DNA of 63,584 nt, the filler included, from Reticulomyxa filosa (taxonomy: Eukaryota; Protista; Foraminifera): the NCBI GenBank assembly GCA_000512085.1. It is 14 parts of 14 records of this genome, joined end to end, with 100 filler letters (N's around TTAATTAATTAA, not from the genome) between each part and the next. Parts side by side here need not be neighbours in the genome. Positions count along the whole stretch, not along the records: positions 10,908 to 12,104 come from ASPP01019366.1; positions 12,205 to 20,996 come from ASPP01010384.1; positions 21,097 to 38,505 come from ASPP01028632.1; 11 more parts are not named here. One strand, 5' to 3'. Of the stretch, positions 11,460 through 25,250 are shown piece by piece. The first letter of the stretch is position 1, and each line of letters opens with the position of its first letter. The notes beneath the pieces were generated by a model. That model was not told the DNA's origin. It did no database searches and worked only from the letters and a program-made list of their open reading frames with translations. Both the position numbers and the translations under genes were made by a program.

Positions 11460-11756
11460 AACATCGATAGGGGCTTGAATCCTAAGAGATAACTACCATG
11501 TCAATGTGATCCCTGTAGGTTAGCTTGGGCCCACTAAGAGCGAAGACATTTTCTTAGTGAACTGGTCACCAACTTATGCGATAGCAGCCTCAGAGCACAT
11601 GCCCATTAGTAGCTTGTGACGTCAGTCCAAAGATTGGGCCCAGTCTGGATCGCCTCACATACCACAAACATCTCTAATGTTTAAGCTTCTCACATACAGC
11701 CCTAGAGCAATGCAATCTTTGAACTGTGATCTTCATCACATTATCTCTTCGATGTT
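11460..11756 (-). ncRNA. Candidate ~300-nt structured non-coding RNA of unassigned family
   Basis: GC-enriched island with nested complementary segments: 11460-67/11749-56, 11484-92/11741-49, 11503-10/11735-42, 11532-39/11552-59, 11623-36/11713-26 and 11666-71/11677-82. On the minus strand it ends in a T-run and has TATATAA about 30 nt upstream. Confidence 0.5.
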
Positions 11757-12204
11757 TTGATATATATTTATTTTATTTTGTATTATATATTCCAATTTTT
11801 TTATCATAATACTTATTTTGTAAATTTTGTTATTTCTGCAAAAAAAAATGTCAAAAAATTATTTCTATTCTTTTTTTATCAGATAATAATCGTATTGACC
11901 CTTAGTCTTAGTGTTTAACTTTTACAAAAAGAGTTATCACAATCAAAGTATAACATGAAATAAGTTTTATTCTAATCAACAAGTATCACTACAATGAAAC
12001 TGATTAGATCAGAAAATGATCACAAGAATAGTTTTCGTCAAAGCTAAACACAACCACAGTTAATTCCTAGTTGTAACAGTTGACCTAGTATCTCTTTACA
12101 AGAANNNNNNNNNNNNNNNNNNNNNNNNNNNNNNNNNNNNNNNNNNNNTTAATTAATTAANNNNNNNNNNNNNNNNNNNNNNNNNNNNNNNNNNNNNNNN
12201 NNNN

Positions 12205-13059
12205 ACCAATACCAATACCAATACCAATACCAATACCAATACCAATATTGATGATGCTTTTTCTTATTTTCATCCTCTTGACAATGGCTTTCAAGTCCTC
12301 TTTGAACAACTTCTACTAGATCCTCGATTCGAAGAGGGACGCATCATTACCAAATGGAAAGACTTGGAAAAAAAAAACAAGAATCTCACCATGCGCAATA
12401 TATCGCGCTTCTTATATCATCTCACTCAGACTTTGCTGAAAAATACCGAGCTGACTTCGGACAAACCCTACTTTCAACCCCATTTCTTCGAGGCCACTCA
12501 TCTCATGATCTGTCGCTGCATCTTCCCGCGATCGAAAGAACTCGTCCAATGCATCGTCACCAAAAACAGTGAAAAGGATATCTCGTATTCCAAACAGCTC
12601 GCGTGGATGTCCGAACTCACGCAGGAACAGCTCGGCGTCGATGCACGTCTTTGTGGCCCCAAACATAGCACTGCCTATGCGCAGGCCATTCAACATATCA
12701 AAGAGGTGGAGATTGGCATCTGTCTCACTCCTCAAGATAGTGTCATCGGACTCATCGAGGCCGTCCATTCCATTCAGAAAACTGCCACTGCTTATTATCA
12801 TGATCATTGTCCCAATGCTCAGGACAAAGACATTGTCGTCAATGGCGATACCCTTTTCCCCATTGTCGTCTTTTGCGTTATTCAAAGCACTGTGCACACG
12901 TGGCATGCTTGGCTCCATTGTATGGAAAACTTCTTTCGAAAGGAAATTCTCTACTTTGGCCAGTCGGGGTTTTGCTTCACGCTTCTCAAAGCCACCATCT
13001 CCTATGTCATGAGTCGCACTCCTTCCCATTTCACTTCTGACACTAAGACTGATACATAA
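12205..13059 (+). CDS. VPS9-domain Rab5 GEF, C-terminal part (5' partial)
   Basis: The frame is open from the contig start, with (ACCAAT)n encoding a TN repeat. VPS9 motifs include AYAQAIQHIKEV..TPQDSV, VNGDTLFPIVVFCVIQS (ADD-L-P equivalent) and GQSGFCFTLLKATISYV. Confidence 0.85.
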   Translation, partial: TNTNTNTNTNTNTNIDDAFSYFHPLDNGFQVLFEQLLLDPRFEEGRIITKWKDLEKKNKNLTMRNISRFLYHLTQTLLKNTELTSDKPYFQPHFFEATHLMICRCIFPRSKELVQCIVTKNSEKDISYSKQLAWMSELTQEQLGVDARLCGPKHSTAYAQAIQHIKEVEIGICLTPQDSVIGLIEAVHSIQKTATAYYHDHCPNAQDKDIVVNGDTLFPIVVFCVIQSTVHTWHAWLHCMENFFRKEILYFGQSGFCFTLLKATISYVMSRTPSHFTSDTKTDT

Positions 13060-14020
13060 ATTAAAAGTACTTGAGGCTCTTTTTTTTTTTTTTTTTGTGC
13101 TTGCTTCTTCATCTTAAAAATAGTTTTTTCAACTTTGTTTAATCTATTCCAAAAACATTCCCTTGATACAGTTTTGTTGTTTTTTTTTATAATTATTTTT
13201 TTTTTTTATATAAGTGTCTTGTTTTTTTTTTTGGGTGTAAATTCATACCGATTCTCAATCATCTGCAACTTCTTTTTTTTTATCGCATTCAGAAAGTTTG
13301 TTGAACAAAAGCTTCATTGAAAAGTTCGCTCTTAGGACAGGTGGTGTATTGGCCTTATGCTGAAACTTACATCTCGTGGGCCCTTCCCCCCACGTTTCGT
13401 TTTAATATATTACAACTCGATCTTTCAACATTAAACAAGGACTCAAAGGTTAATTCTATGAACCAAAATTTGTATTCGCAAACAGAAAAAGGGATGACAA
13501 ATAAAGCAAATTAAGATATCATTCTTTGTCAAAATAGGATATTTTTCTTGTGTTTTGGCAGGTGGATGTTGGAACACAACTTTGATGCTCTCTTCTTTTT
13601 TTCACTGACAAAATGAAGCTCTTTTTCTAAAAAAGTAATACTATTTCAATAAAAGTACAATTTTTTCGTGTATCAAAAGTTTGAATTATTCAAATAAAAT
13701 AATTATCCGAAATTTTTGCATAAGAGAAATTGCTTGTTTCCAAAATCGAACTAGTCTTCATCTTGAAACTATAGTTCTTACATTGTCAAAATATTCCACT
13801 GTGTATTTTTATTTTGTTTAGCCATTTGTAAAAAGTAAACTGTGTTTACAAGTTCATTATCTTGAAGCTTTACTTTCTTACAATAATAAAAATATTATAT
13901 CTTTGAATAAACATGATTATAAAAACATAGCATTAAAACTGTTGAACGTGGAACAGCTTTAACCTCTTGACACAGCTGGGATATTCTTCGAAATCATTTT
14001 GTTGTTTGACAATTGGCACA

Positions 14021-15254
14021 ATGACCGGCAACAGTGCATTGGATGAGCTTTTGGATTTGTTATCAGATGATGATAACAACAAGACTGTGCCGAAAACACC
14101 GACAGCAAAAGAGAGCAGTTTGTCTTTGTTGGATTTTAGAAGTAGGAACGAGGGACAGGGACAAGAGGAAAACAAAATAACTCAAAATAAAATACAAGCG
14201 AACTGAATATAATTAAGAGTTCCCATTTGCTTTGTATACCATTTATTTTTTGTGTTGTCTTATGATCTTTTACAGAGGAAAACAGTGGCTGTTTTTTGAT
14301 AAAAGAACCCGCGGAGAAGAAGTTAGAGGAACAAAAACAAGAAAATAGTAGCACGAACAAAAGTAATGTGCCAGAGTATGTGTGTGAAGGATCCAATTTG
14401 CGGATAGAGTTGAGAAACAATATAAACAATAAAAAAAACGAATAAAAAAAAAAAGGGTGTGTTCTGACTTATTGAAAACAGTCCGACGAATCGTAAAATA
14501 TCGTACGATATGTTAAACTTACGACTGAAAAATTGGAAGCTGTTATCAGTGAAGCGATTGTCTACGATGACGGATCCCTCACAACTCAAAGAGAATGACT
14601 TTGCTATCATTGGTGTCGTAGGACTTAAGTCATTCCGAACCTCGGTTAACAATATTATTTTTTTTTTCAAAAAAAAAAAAAAAAAAGAAGGCAATTAAAA
14701 TGCAAAGTTTGGAGGGAGCAGTGACTCAAAAAAAAAAAAAAAAAAAATAAATGTATATGTGCATACATTACACATATGTACATATATACATATATATATA
14801 TATATATATTTTGCGATATCAGAACAATGATAAAAGATATTTATTAATGTCATTGCATGATTTGCAACAAACGAGCATTGCATGTTTCATATTTGATGAC
14901 AAGCTAATGAGTCATTGTAACAAAATAATGGAGGGCACCATTGTTGTTGTCGCAGGCGCAAAACTATTGAATTCCAAAAAAGTTTGACCTTTTTTCACCA
15001 TTTTTATGGACTCTTTTTTTTTTTTTACTTATTTATTATATAATAGTGAAAATATCTTATGCTTAACATAGAGAGGCGATATCGCATTGTGCATCAACCA
15101 CGACGATCAAATATGCGTGGTTGGCACAGCCACGGACTTTGGTTACTGCAAAAAACTCAAAAAGGACATGTCGCAATGTAATCAAATCATCAACAAGTTT
15201 GTATACTTTTTTTTTTTTTAAAAAAAAAAAAAAATTTTGTTTTAGCTTAATCAT

Positions 15255-15295
<41 letters not shown>

Positions 15296-16250
15296 GTGAT
15301 GTCAACAAATTAACCAAACAATATGCATGTGTGAATCCATTGTGCAAGATAGAAGTAAAGGGGAGTACTGTTTATTCCATTCGAAGCAAAAATCTTCCGA
15401 CACATCAAAGCACCGCAACGGCAGCAATGTGAACAGTGGTCCAAGCTTACAACAGCTTCGAGAGGAACATAGACATAACCTTGCATTGGCTGGGTTGTCC
15501 TCTTCCAAACCAAAGCTTGACAAAATTGTAAAGACAAATGTGTCCAAATCAAAGACACATGCTTATGGGAGGCATACGAAATATGAGCGTGCTACAACAA
15601 ACAATGCGCCTCATTCGGACATTGTTGTGGTTTCTGCACACATTTCCAACCGTCAACACTTGGCCTCTCAGTCTGCCAATTCGATTGCCACAAGACGTAC
15701 ACTGTCTTCTTTGTTACGACACAACAAAATACAGACGAATAATAAGTTTGCATCCAATGCTGTCTCATCGAAGGCAAACCAAAGAAATCGTCCTCCATAT
15801 TTGCCAAAGGTGGAGGGAAAAGATAGAGCCAAAGAAACAAGGCCAGAAAATATGGAGCCAATGCTAGGCAGAAATTGGAGTGGAGGAGATACTATTTGTT
15901 TGTGTGTTGATGTTTCAAGTAACAACCATTTTAATCAGTTCAACCCACAAAACTTGTTAACGAAAGAAACTGATCAAACACAAGGAATAGCCTTATCGAA
16001 AAACAAAACAATACACTCTCCCAAACCAAATGATGTCTCACACGTGGAAAACAGTCAATCCAAGAAAAGAAATTTTGGACAAATGTGCAATAGTTGAAAA
16101 TAATTTGTTTCAAAAAAAAATTATAATGAAACACCGTACACACAGTCTTTTTTTTAAAAAAAAGAAGGCGACGTAAACGATAAGGATAATATTGGCACTC
16201 AAAGTAAGCGTAAGAAATTGCCTACTTCAAGTATCTCAGAAAAAAAATGA
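14021..16250 (+). CDS. MCM10: MCM10 DNA replication factor (multi-exon)
   Basis: The N-terminus has LDELLDLLSDDD. The OB-fold region has DFAIIGVVGLKS..RYLLMSLHDL..EGTIVVVAGAKLL. The CCCH zf-primase motif VGTATDFGYCKKLKKDMSQCNQIINK-SKGEYCLFH assembles across the intron 15197-15352. The 3' end is approximate. Confidence 0.88.
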
Positions 16251-17921
16251 AAAGGTATTAAAAAGATCAATTCTAGCTGATTTTTTTGTCTTCTCAATAT
16301 TAAGCCCACATCTTGTAAGTGACTTGATTGTTTCTATGATGAATACAGATTGCAATTAGCGTTTCAACAAGCCAGGTCATGAAAAATTCACAATAAATAC
16401 AATGAACATATTTAATGATAAAGAAAAAAATCTAATAATCTGTTACTATTACTTGTGTATGTCATTTTAAAATGTCAGATCAATCTGTCATTATTTTTGA
16501 ATTTCTATCAATAATCAAGCCATTAAAGTCTAGTTTTATTTAATACTATATAATGTTAATTCTTTAAAAAAAATTCATTATTGATCAACTTTAAAAAACA
16601 ATTTTATTTTGAAGTAGTTTGAATAAAATCAACTATATAATGCAACATATTGCAGTATCTGAAAGAATTTTGAAGGATCACTTCGAAAATTGTCAACTAT
16701 TTCGACTTAGTCAAAATCAGTGTCGAAAGCATAGCAAGTAAAAAAAATTTTTTTTACTAGCTGAAAATATCATATATAGTGAAATGTCATATATGTCAAG
16801 TACTAAACTGGCCAAACGAATCAGCAGTAAACATTAAATACAGAATATCATGAACAAACAAAAATTGCAAATAAAATTGAAGTAAATCAAATAATTCACA
16901 CTTTTTGATTATAATTATTTAAATTTTTTTGTTTTGCTTTTTTTCAATTTGTTGAAAGAAGTATTGAATATCAATATTTTATGATAATTCAACAAGTTAC
17001 TGTAATTTCCACCGATTATCTACATATAAAAGCTAAAATTGTTTTCACAACAGTTGATTGATCTAGACTTAAACATTTGATATTTTATTTTATTTTTTAT
17101 ATTTTAATGATTAATCAAAACTTAAATGTGTTTTTCTCTTGTTGTTGTCTATTGTGTGAGTTTGATAAACTTTTAATTGTCTTTTCCTTTCGTATTTTAT
17201 TTTTTATTATATTACCGTGTTCCTTTTGGGACGCGGTGCTAGTTTTTAACATGATAAGATCTAATTCTCGCTAAAAAAAAAGTCCATTCTTTTATTACAG
17301 TTGCAAAACATTTAAAAGCTTTTGTAATAGTTTAAACTATCAAAGATGCACTTTTAGAACTTAAACTGTGAGACCTTGACAGTTTTGCGTTACATGAAAT
17401 GTAGTACAAAAAGACTTGCTCTTTAAACAAAATTTCAACAAAAAACAAAAATAAATTAAATAAAGAAATAAAAAACAAACAAAGAATCAGCAGAAACGAG
17501 ACATAGAGAACGTTTTTACGGGAAAAGGATCCCAACGTTCCTTTGAAACTTTATCACATTAAGTGGTTCGTATATATGATTTGAGCCATATTAAGTTATA
17601 GATTGGTTGTTGTCCTAACATATTCGCATAAAAGCGAGTTTATGCGAATTTTTTGTCATTATTTTTCCTCAAACGGAGCGTTTTGTCTGACAATTTTTGC
17701 ATTGCAACAGAAGAGAGGGATCACAACTTAAAACTTGCATAGTTTACTTTGCGTTACAAAAAAATTTATATCATTGATGGACCACTATTCCAAACAAAGA
17801 ATATTCTTGTTTTATTAATTGCAGGGAAACGAGAACCAACGGAAAAAAAAAAGATGAGAAAGACACAATAATAAAAAAAAGTGTTCCACCTTTAAAAAAA
17901 AAAAGCCTCTCAGTGACTTTT

Positions 17922-19920
17922 TTAATTTTTGGCATCTTCAGTGTCTTTTTGATTGTACAAATGAATAAGAGAACCAACGCTCCAAGCAATGAGCACAGCT
18001 CGAAAAGCAGTCCATGGCATCGAGTAATTGGACTGCATGCACTTTTCAACAACAGCATGAGCAGTACTTCCCTTCCAAAGAGACGAAGTAAGTCGCGAGG
18101 AGCACAACACGCCCAACAGCAAGGAATGTCGAAGCATTTCACTGAACTTGCTCCATCGACGTTTGCTCAAAAACTGACCCAAACTACTCAAACTTCCAAA
18201 TAAAAACAGTGAGCTGACAACCTTGGACGAAAGGGAAGGGAGTTGTCGAAATACGGTGGAGAAACACAAATAGTCGAGCAAAATGGTGACAAAGCTGAGC
18301 GAGCAATAAATTTGAGAGCGAACAGATAAGACCGGGTTGTAACGCAATGGTTTGTGGATATCGTCATCTTGGCAAGCATCCAATTCAAAACGTCCAGATC
18401 GACCCAACACTTTCAGTTTTTCCCAAATGCCTTCCTTTCGAGACATTCGATTGAATAATTTCGTAAATTGACGCACATGTACGGTTACGGGGTCAAATGT
18501 ATCGGGTTTATCTTTATTTATGTTGTTACACACATTCACAGATGATATACACATATTTATATGTACATGTTTACATGTACGTATACATATTAATTTGTGT
18601 ATTCATTTGTTTATAAGTTTATTTATTTATTTAATTGTTGAAACTCTTCTTCATTTTTTTTTTAAAAAAAAAAATTTTGGAAAAAAAAAAAAAGAGAAAG
18701 GTACACATAACCCACAATCCCAAATTTGTCAGGGGCATTTTCCAAATCAAAAGTACCAAACAGTTGGTCCCACACTGAGAAGACACCAGCGTAATTGCTG
18801 TTGCACAAGCCAGGAGCCCTTGCGTGGTGGTTTATGTGTTGTCTTGGCGTATTGAAAATGTATTCAATTGGCCCCAAATGTCGTACCTTTTTTCACATTG
18901 TGTCACCCCCCCCCCCCCCCCAAAAAAAAAAAAAAGTATATTAAAAAAGTTTGATTTGTGTTAATATTTGTTGTGTACAACACAAACAAATATTGACTTA
19001 AAAAAAAAAAAAAATATAAATATAAATATATACATATACATATATGTACGCATATATTTAAATAACATCACATATCAAATGAAGTGTATAAGTGTGTACA
19101 TGAGATATACAAATATAATGCACATACATATTGAGTATGGATCCAGAATTGCAGTACAGTGTTCAATTGATTATGCAAGTTCCATAACCTCGGTGGAACA
19201 CCAAGAAGTGCGTTTGGCAATGTGTTCCAAAATAACATGCACAACTCTTTTTTTTTTTTTTTGTTAGGAAATGAGAGGAAAAAAAAACAAGCAATAATTA
19301 GTGGAAAAAAAAAAAAATGAGAGAACTCATGAAAGAGGACACATAAAAAAAAAAAACGAAACGTTGAAAAGCAGATTGTCTCAAAGCAGTGCTCAAGTTG
19401 AAACTTTCACTGTTGTGATGGATGGAATGTGCTGCCCATGCAAAGTTATATTCGTGGCTCAAACGGTGCGCTTTTTTTTTTTTTTTTTTTTTTTTTTAAT
19501 TGGTACCGTTGGTAACATCTATCGACAAGGGATGCAACATTTTAACAAGCAAAAAATAAAAATAAAAAATACCCCAGTAATACGCAAGATCGGCAAATAC
19601 AAAAAAACGATGAATGTTTTCCAGTTGTCCGAAAAATTAAATAGTCGAAAGTTCGCAAACACGTATTGATATGGAATGTCTGTCAATGGATGGATCCACA
19701 TGCTGACCATTTGCTGAACCGTTCCGCAAGACAGTGAGTTGATTGTATCATTCACGCGATATACATTGGTCTCTTTCAGTACCAAGCAGCTGTACAGTAT
19801 TTCGCTTACAATTGCAAACGTGAAAGCTGGGATGCAGGATTGCGTCAAGGGGATTGTCGGAGTTGGCTTATAGGTCTTAATGAGCTCGAAGATGCTCACT
19901 TTGGGGGGTACATCAGACAT
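17922..19920 (-). CDS. AGMO: Alkylglycerol monooxygenase-like, fatty acid hydroxylase superfamily (multi-exon)
   Basis: Motifs in order: [13 protein letters not shown]; His boxes [28 protein letters not shown]; QFWIH; [33 protein letters not shown]; then an AGMO-type C-terminal TM extension. Confidence 0.88.
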
Positions 19921-20663
19921 GGTTCCAAATCAAAGTGTATGAGAGGACCGAACAAAAAAAATTACCCAGGAACTTTGTGTTCTGTGGCTCTGGTTGTCGC
20001 TTACAATAATTGTTTTTATTCTTTCAGCATTTCAAGCAACTATTTTCTTGTGTTCATGTAAGAAATTTTTTTTTACAATAATATAGAATTGCATTTCATC
20101 GACACACTTAAAACATATTATTTACAGTTTGCGTCTTCGCTCTGTTCTAATGGTTTACTCTTCTATGTTTCTCTGCTCGTCCTCCGTATAAAATCCAAGC
20201 CATTTGGAGTGTTCCAGAATGCTTTGGGGAACAATTTTTTTTTTGTTGTTGCGAATTGTTCCTCATTGATAAAATGGAAAGCTGCAAAATATGTCCCACA
20301 CCGAAAAAAAAGTTTAAATCAATTTCAATATATACATTTTGCAGCTTCCTAAACTCCCAAAGTCCAATTCAAAAAGTGGAATGCAAGAAGCCTGTTTGTG
20401 TAGTTCAATCTCAGACGTTGATTGTTTCCACGGATTGGAAGCATATCCCGCGAAAAGAAAAAAAAAAAGTTAAGTGATGACTGAAAAAGATATAACATTG
20501 TAACGTGACTGTTTAATAGACACATTACCAAAATCGAAAAGTGACTGTCTTTTTCTTTCAGCCATTTGTTCTAAGTGAGTTGAAACAAACAAAACAAAAA
20601 AAACAGAAAACAAACAATGAGGATTACCATTATTGTGTTGACAAAATTGGTCTTTGTGGGGGA

Positions 20664-20924
20664 ATGAATACTCAAAAACAAATTAGCGTCACATGCAATC
20701 ACCAAACAGAAAGTAAACTACAAGTAACAAATTTGGTAAGCGGAGCATTTTATTTTATTTTTTTTAAATTAATCGAATGAGCATTAAAAAAAAAAAAAAA
20801 AAAAAAGTGACTGCATGTGCAATAGACTGAGAAAAAAGTAGTAATGATCGTCGAGAATTGGACTCGAGCAGCGTTTATTCATTGGGGATGGATAAATGAA
20901 TTCAATCAAATTATCACCCAATAT
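20664..20924 (+). CDS. 5' exons of a member of a lineage-expanded family with the 'W.R....GWI.EF...I..Y' N-terminal motif (usually followed by WD40/kelch repeats); 3' truncated by the contig end
   Basis: Exons 20664-20735 and 20826-20924 give MNTQKQ...TNL-TEKKVVMIVENWTRAAFIHWGWINEFNQIITQY. Confidence 0.6.
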
Positions 20925-22499
20925 GTTTGAGTTTGAGTGTTTGTTTGTTTTTGTATTTTATTTTATTTCATTTTATTATTATTATTATTATTATTANNNN
21001 NNNNNNNNNNNNNNNNNNNNNNNNNNNNNNNNNNNNNNNNTTAATTAATTAANNNNNNNNNNNNNNNNNNNNNNNNNNNNNNNNNNNNNNNNNNNNTTGA
21101 AGCTTCAGCAAGAAGATCTTCTTCCCCTTTCTGGTTGCTCACCTTAATTTCCGCTAAATGTTGAAAAGGTTAGAATGGAGTTTGTTTAAAGTTTTTTAGA
21201 GTATTTTTTTTAACTTTTTTTTTAAAGTAAAACATTGTCAAGCAGAATGTTTTGTACAGTTTTAGTAATTCTACAACTAGTTTTCTTTGTAGTACCTCAA
21301 GAAAACATTCTTGACATATATATAATTCAACAGTATAGATGTACTGTTGTTTTATCTGACACGTTGATGGACGGTAAAAAAAAACTAAATTGTAAAAAAC
21401 TCTATACATGAACATCAATTCCCTCATTGAAAAACATCTCCACACAAAGTTTAATGTCTTCCCAACTCGTTCATATGCCCGTCTGTCAATAATGACACAT
21501 AGTCACAAATCTCGACATTGTGTTTCTTGGTAATATTCCCTTCCCTTTTTTAAAAAAGCTGCTTAATCAATGGCCGAAAAGAAGGAAACATCATCCGTTG
21601 CTACTTCATTTTATTCAACTAATTGGCTCTTTTTTTACCACAAATCCTATTGCTGGCCACGCTTCTTGGCTTATGTCCTGTTCCAGATCTTTCAAACAGC
21701 TTTTTGTAGTCCAAAACATACTCAGTAAATCCTTAAATACCACAAGTAAAAGCCTGATCATCCACATGAAGAAATTAGCCATTGTGCAACACTATCTTTT
21801 CCATTACCAAGTCACTAAAGAGATATTGTGTTAATTTAGATATTAAAGTACTTGATCTTCTTAATAAATATGACTGAAACCAATCGGATAAAATTTATTT
21901 CAAGGTAATTTATTGGTGCATGGCATTGAAAAGATAGAAATATTGGCAATTTAAAAAAACAAAAACAGAAGATATCTTCAAATAAAATGGATTTTACCAT
22001 ATATCAAACGTGTATCATATGCAAGTATTTTTTCTCAAAAGTTTTTTTAAAAAGAACAGGAAGCTATTATATAATTTAATACTTGTTTAGAATAGTAGCG
22101 TTTCGGTATAAAAAAAAGGGCAGCAAAATAAAACATACGGTAAATTGGAGTGTCTCATTTATAATGAAACATCCAAGCAAATCTGATCTATAAACATCAT
22201 ATTTTCCACATTTATTTTCTTCTAAGTGCCTATTGTAAATTAAAGTTGATATTAATCAAACCATGCAAATTTTCAAGTCCTTTGAAACCAGTTGCAGAAT
22301 ATTGAAATTTCACAAATACTTCAACTTAATACTCAGTTTGAAATAAACTTTAAAAAAGAAACGCCCCCCCCAAAAAATTAGTCTACAAACTTTGACGCTC
22401 CTTTTTTTTAATTTTTCACAATATTCGAGCGGAAGAAAGCAAAGCACGGCAGTAAACAGGAAGAGAAGAAAAACTTTCTGAAATTTCAGAAACAAAAAA

Positions 22500-25250
22500 A
22501 AAGAAAATGAAAAAAAACAGCCAGCGCACGTTCTACATCGTCTTCACTGTCTGATTCTATCTTTTTGTATCGTCACCATCTGTGTCAATGTTTGTACGTT
22601 GTTCTCATTTCAGCAACAATTTTGTGCTGGAAAAGAAATAAGATTTATGCATTTCTTCGGCTGTTTTGTTTTGTATTAATCAATGGTGGTGTTGGCATAG
22701 CATATAAAAAAAAAGAAAATAAAGAGTATACATAACACACATTACTTAACATCAAATATCAATACTTTGAAGAAACGAATATTGACATTAACCAGCGATT
22801 GACATAAAGCATTGTTCACTATTTACAGTTGATATAAATAGTTGAATATTGCTTGTTTCACTTGTGTATATCGAGTCGCATTTAATCCTACTAAAGATAC
22901 GAACATCACAATACTTTCTTGTGACAATTTGTAGATTCCTTGAGCACATCAAATCTCACAAAGTTTATGCAATTGTGAAATAGTATTGCTTGTCTATGAT
23001 CTTTTGTCGCGAAGCGAAGATTGCCAAACATTTCTGTTTTGTTAATACCATAATATTTTTTTAGCAAGGATTGAGGCTGCATTTCTGTTTTGACCTTTGC
23101 AGAAGCTTCAATATTCGGACCAATGTTCCAATGTATATATTTTCAAAGTCTTCTGATATCCACAAGTGATTTGATTCCTCTTTTTCACATTGTTGGATGG
23201 GATGGTCTGTTTCCACAGAAATCAGTTCGATTGAGCTCATTTGATGTTGGATTTGCTCATCAGATAAGGCAGTATTTGCTTTGACATTTTTGTACTTATA
23301 GTGTTCTAGTTGTTGTAAAAACAAAAACAAAAACAACAAACAACAAATTAATTCAAATTGTTTAGAAAAGAAAGACAAAAATAATCAATGTCTTTTAACT
23401 GTAATCTCCTTTCAAAGGCATTCGAATCAATGAAACCAATCATTTACTGCCAATCACCTAATTAAATTGCAATATGCTACAAATTTTAATACTTCCACCA
23501 AATCAACACGAAGGCCATACTAATTGTATTTTGGAAGTGTTTCCATAAACTCATGTATATTGACATTGGGAGTCACAATAGCATAGTCATAAATGCATTG
23601 AAAAGGCGGCGATGGATATTTAACCAAGTTATGCACGTTGATAAATTAGAGTGAATTGAATGAAGAGTTCATACTTCCTGCACGGTCCATTGTCAGGTTG
23701 TCGCATTTCTTGATGATAATCCACTAATACTATTGATATGTATGTTTGCTTCTTTCTTTTTCAATTAATCTACTATTCTTTCTTTTCTTCTTCATCTTTC
23801 TCTTTCTTTCATTCCAAACCTAAGGTAAATCATTCTACAATTAAATGGTCCATGTTTCACATTATTTTGGTCAAAAATCTCACAACAACTGAAAAGTTAT
23901 AAAAATAACACATACGTTCAAATAAAGCTGCTATCCTTCGTGCTTGGTTGATATTTGCCATTTGCATGCGTTGTCTTGATGTTGGTGATTTGCATTTTGT
24001 CTTGAGCTTGAATAATGGCAGGATTACATGCCATGATGGAATTCTCCACAGAATATGCTTCTACTTGAACATTTCCTCTTTTCTTTCAAACAATCCACTT
24101 TTGAGATGTGATTGCGATAGACCAAGAAAAAAACAACTGGACAACGATACAATTGCGTTACATTCTATTGATAGATTGAATTTATATTTTCGTTTTTATT
24201 TTTGATGACTTGTGATATGGGTAATATTTTAAGATTAGAAATGCAATTGTAAATTGATTCTTGGATGCCAATGATCAATTTATGGAGTATATTCCAAGAT
24301 TGCTTAGCATAAACCTAATTCACTTGTTTGCTGGCCGTGTTAATATGTCACTGGATATATCCAATATTTGACTATCTGAGCCAACACAATTTGGAAAGGA
24401 GGCAATTCGAGCAGCTCTGTTATCGAAGGGGCTCATATGGCTCAAAAATAGTACCAATACCATCTGCGACCGAGATAAGCTGTTCAATACTTTCGAGTCA
24501 ATATTCAGATTCACCCAAGACAGAGTCAACAATATATACGTGTTATATGTCGACTATGCTGGGCAAATTGTTGATATCACCATGATTCACTTGAATAATA
24601 TTTTTTATTGTTTCAAATCAATATCCACAGGATTAACGTGCCAGTTGGAAATTATTTAATAATGAGGAATATATTCACTCCAGTACATACTTCTTCCAAC
24701 TCACTTCAATTGGTTGACCATTTTCCTTTTGATGACGAGATTTGAATATGTGACTTGCTTTTATTGTTTTAATATTGCATCTTGGAGACATATTCAATTC
24801 GTAAGCGCGTAAATATCGACGATGTGGAACATTTGTTTGAGTAGAAGACAAAAGTATTAAGACGTTTTAATACTCGTTCGAGCCGTGCTAGTCGTCGATA
24901 TTCGAGAAAAGATACAACTAAGATTTGATACAATCGATAGCCAATTTGAGGGGCCTTCAAAATGGCGTGGAATCGCAAGTTGTTATTCACCTTGAATCTT
25001 TATTTAACAAGTGAATGTTCAGATCAATTTTTGGACCAATGAAGTGATAGTGCTGCTTTTGCAATTGGGTCCGTTGGTTTTTTTAGCGATAGTGGGAAAC
25101 AATAAAACAGCAACTAGATTGAACGCAAATAATAAAAATGGTAACATTATATCCATTGATTCCATTTCATTGTTCACTTTTTGCACAAATCTCATAAATA
25201 AAAGATTAGCACCAAATTGATACAGTAAATTGTTGCGCTCAAGCTCTTTA
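22500..25250 (-). pseudogene. Decayed large Cys-rich ectodomain/membrane protein, copy A
   Basis: Many stops and frameshifts. Clear nucleotide similarity to 29930-32700, for example 23300-23376 vs 30258-30328 and 24319-24420 vs 31489-31590. Boundaries are approximate. Confidence 0.55.

Noticed and set aside
11517-11524. CUAACCUA (TTAGG-type telomerase template) in the structured RNA; also an RNase P/MRP assignment
   Set aside because: The 8-mer lies near the 3' end rather than in a 5' template domain and could occur by chance. No correctly placed CR-I/CR-V P4 pairing was found for RNase P or MRP.
12412-13029. Long antisense ORFs (also 43461-43892, 58376-58956, 41711-42091)
   Set aside because: They are shadows of real coding frames on the opposite strand and contain no motifs of their own.
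21097-21900. Possible decayed ARM/importin-alpha-like gene on the minus strand (VSLLTDG fragment)
   Set aside because: Only one short motif-like fragment among many stops, which is too weak to call.
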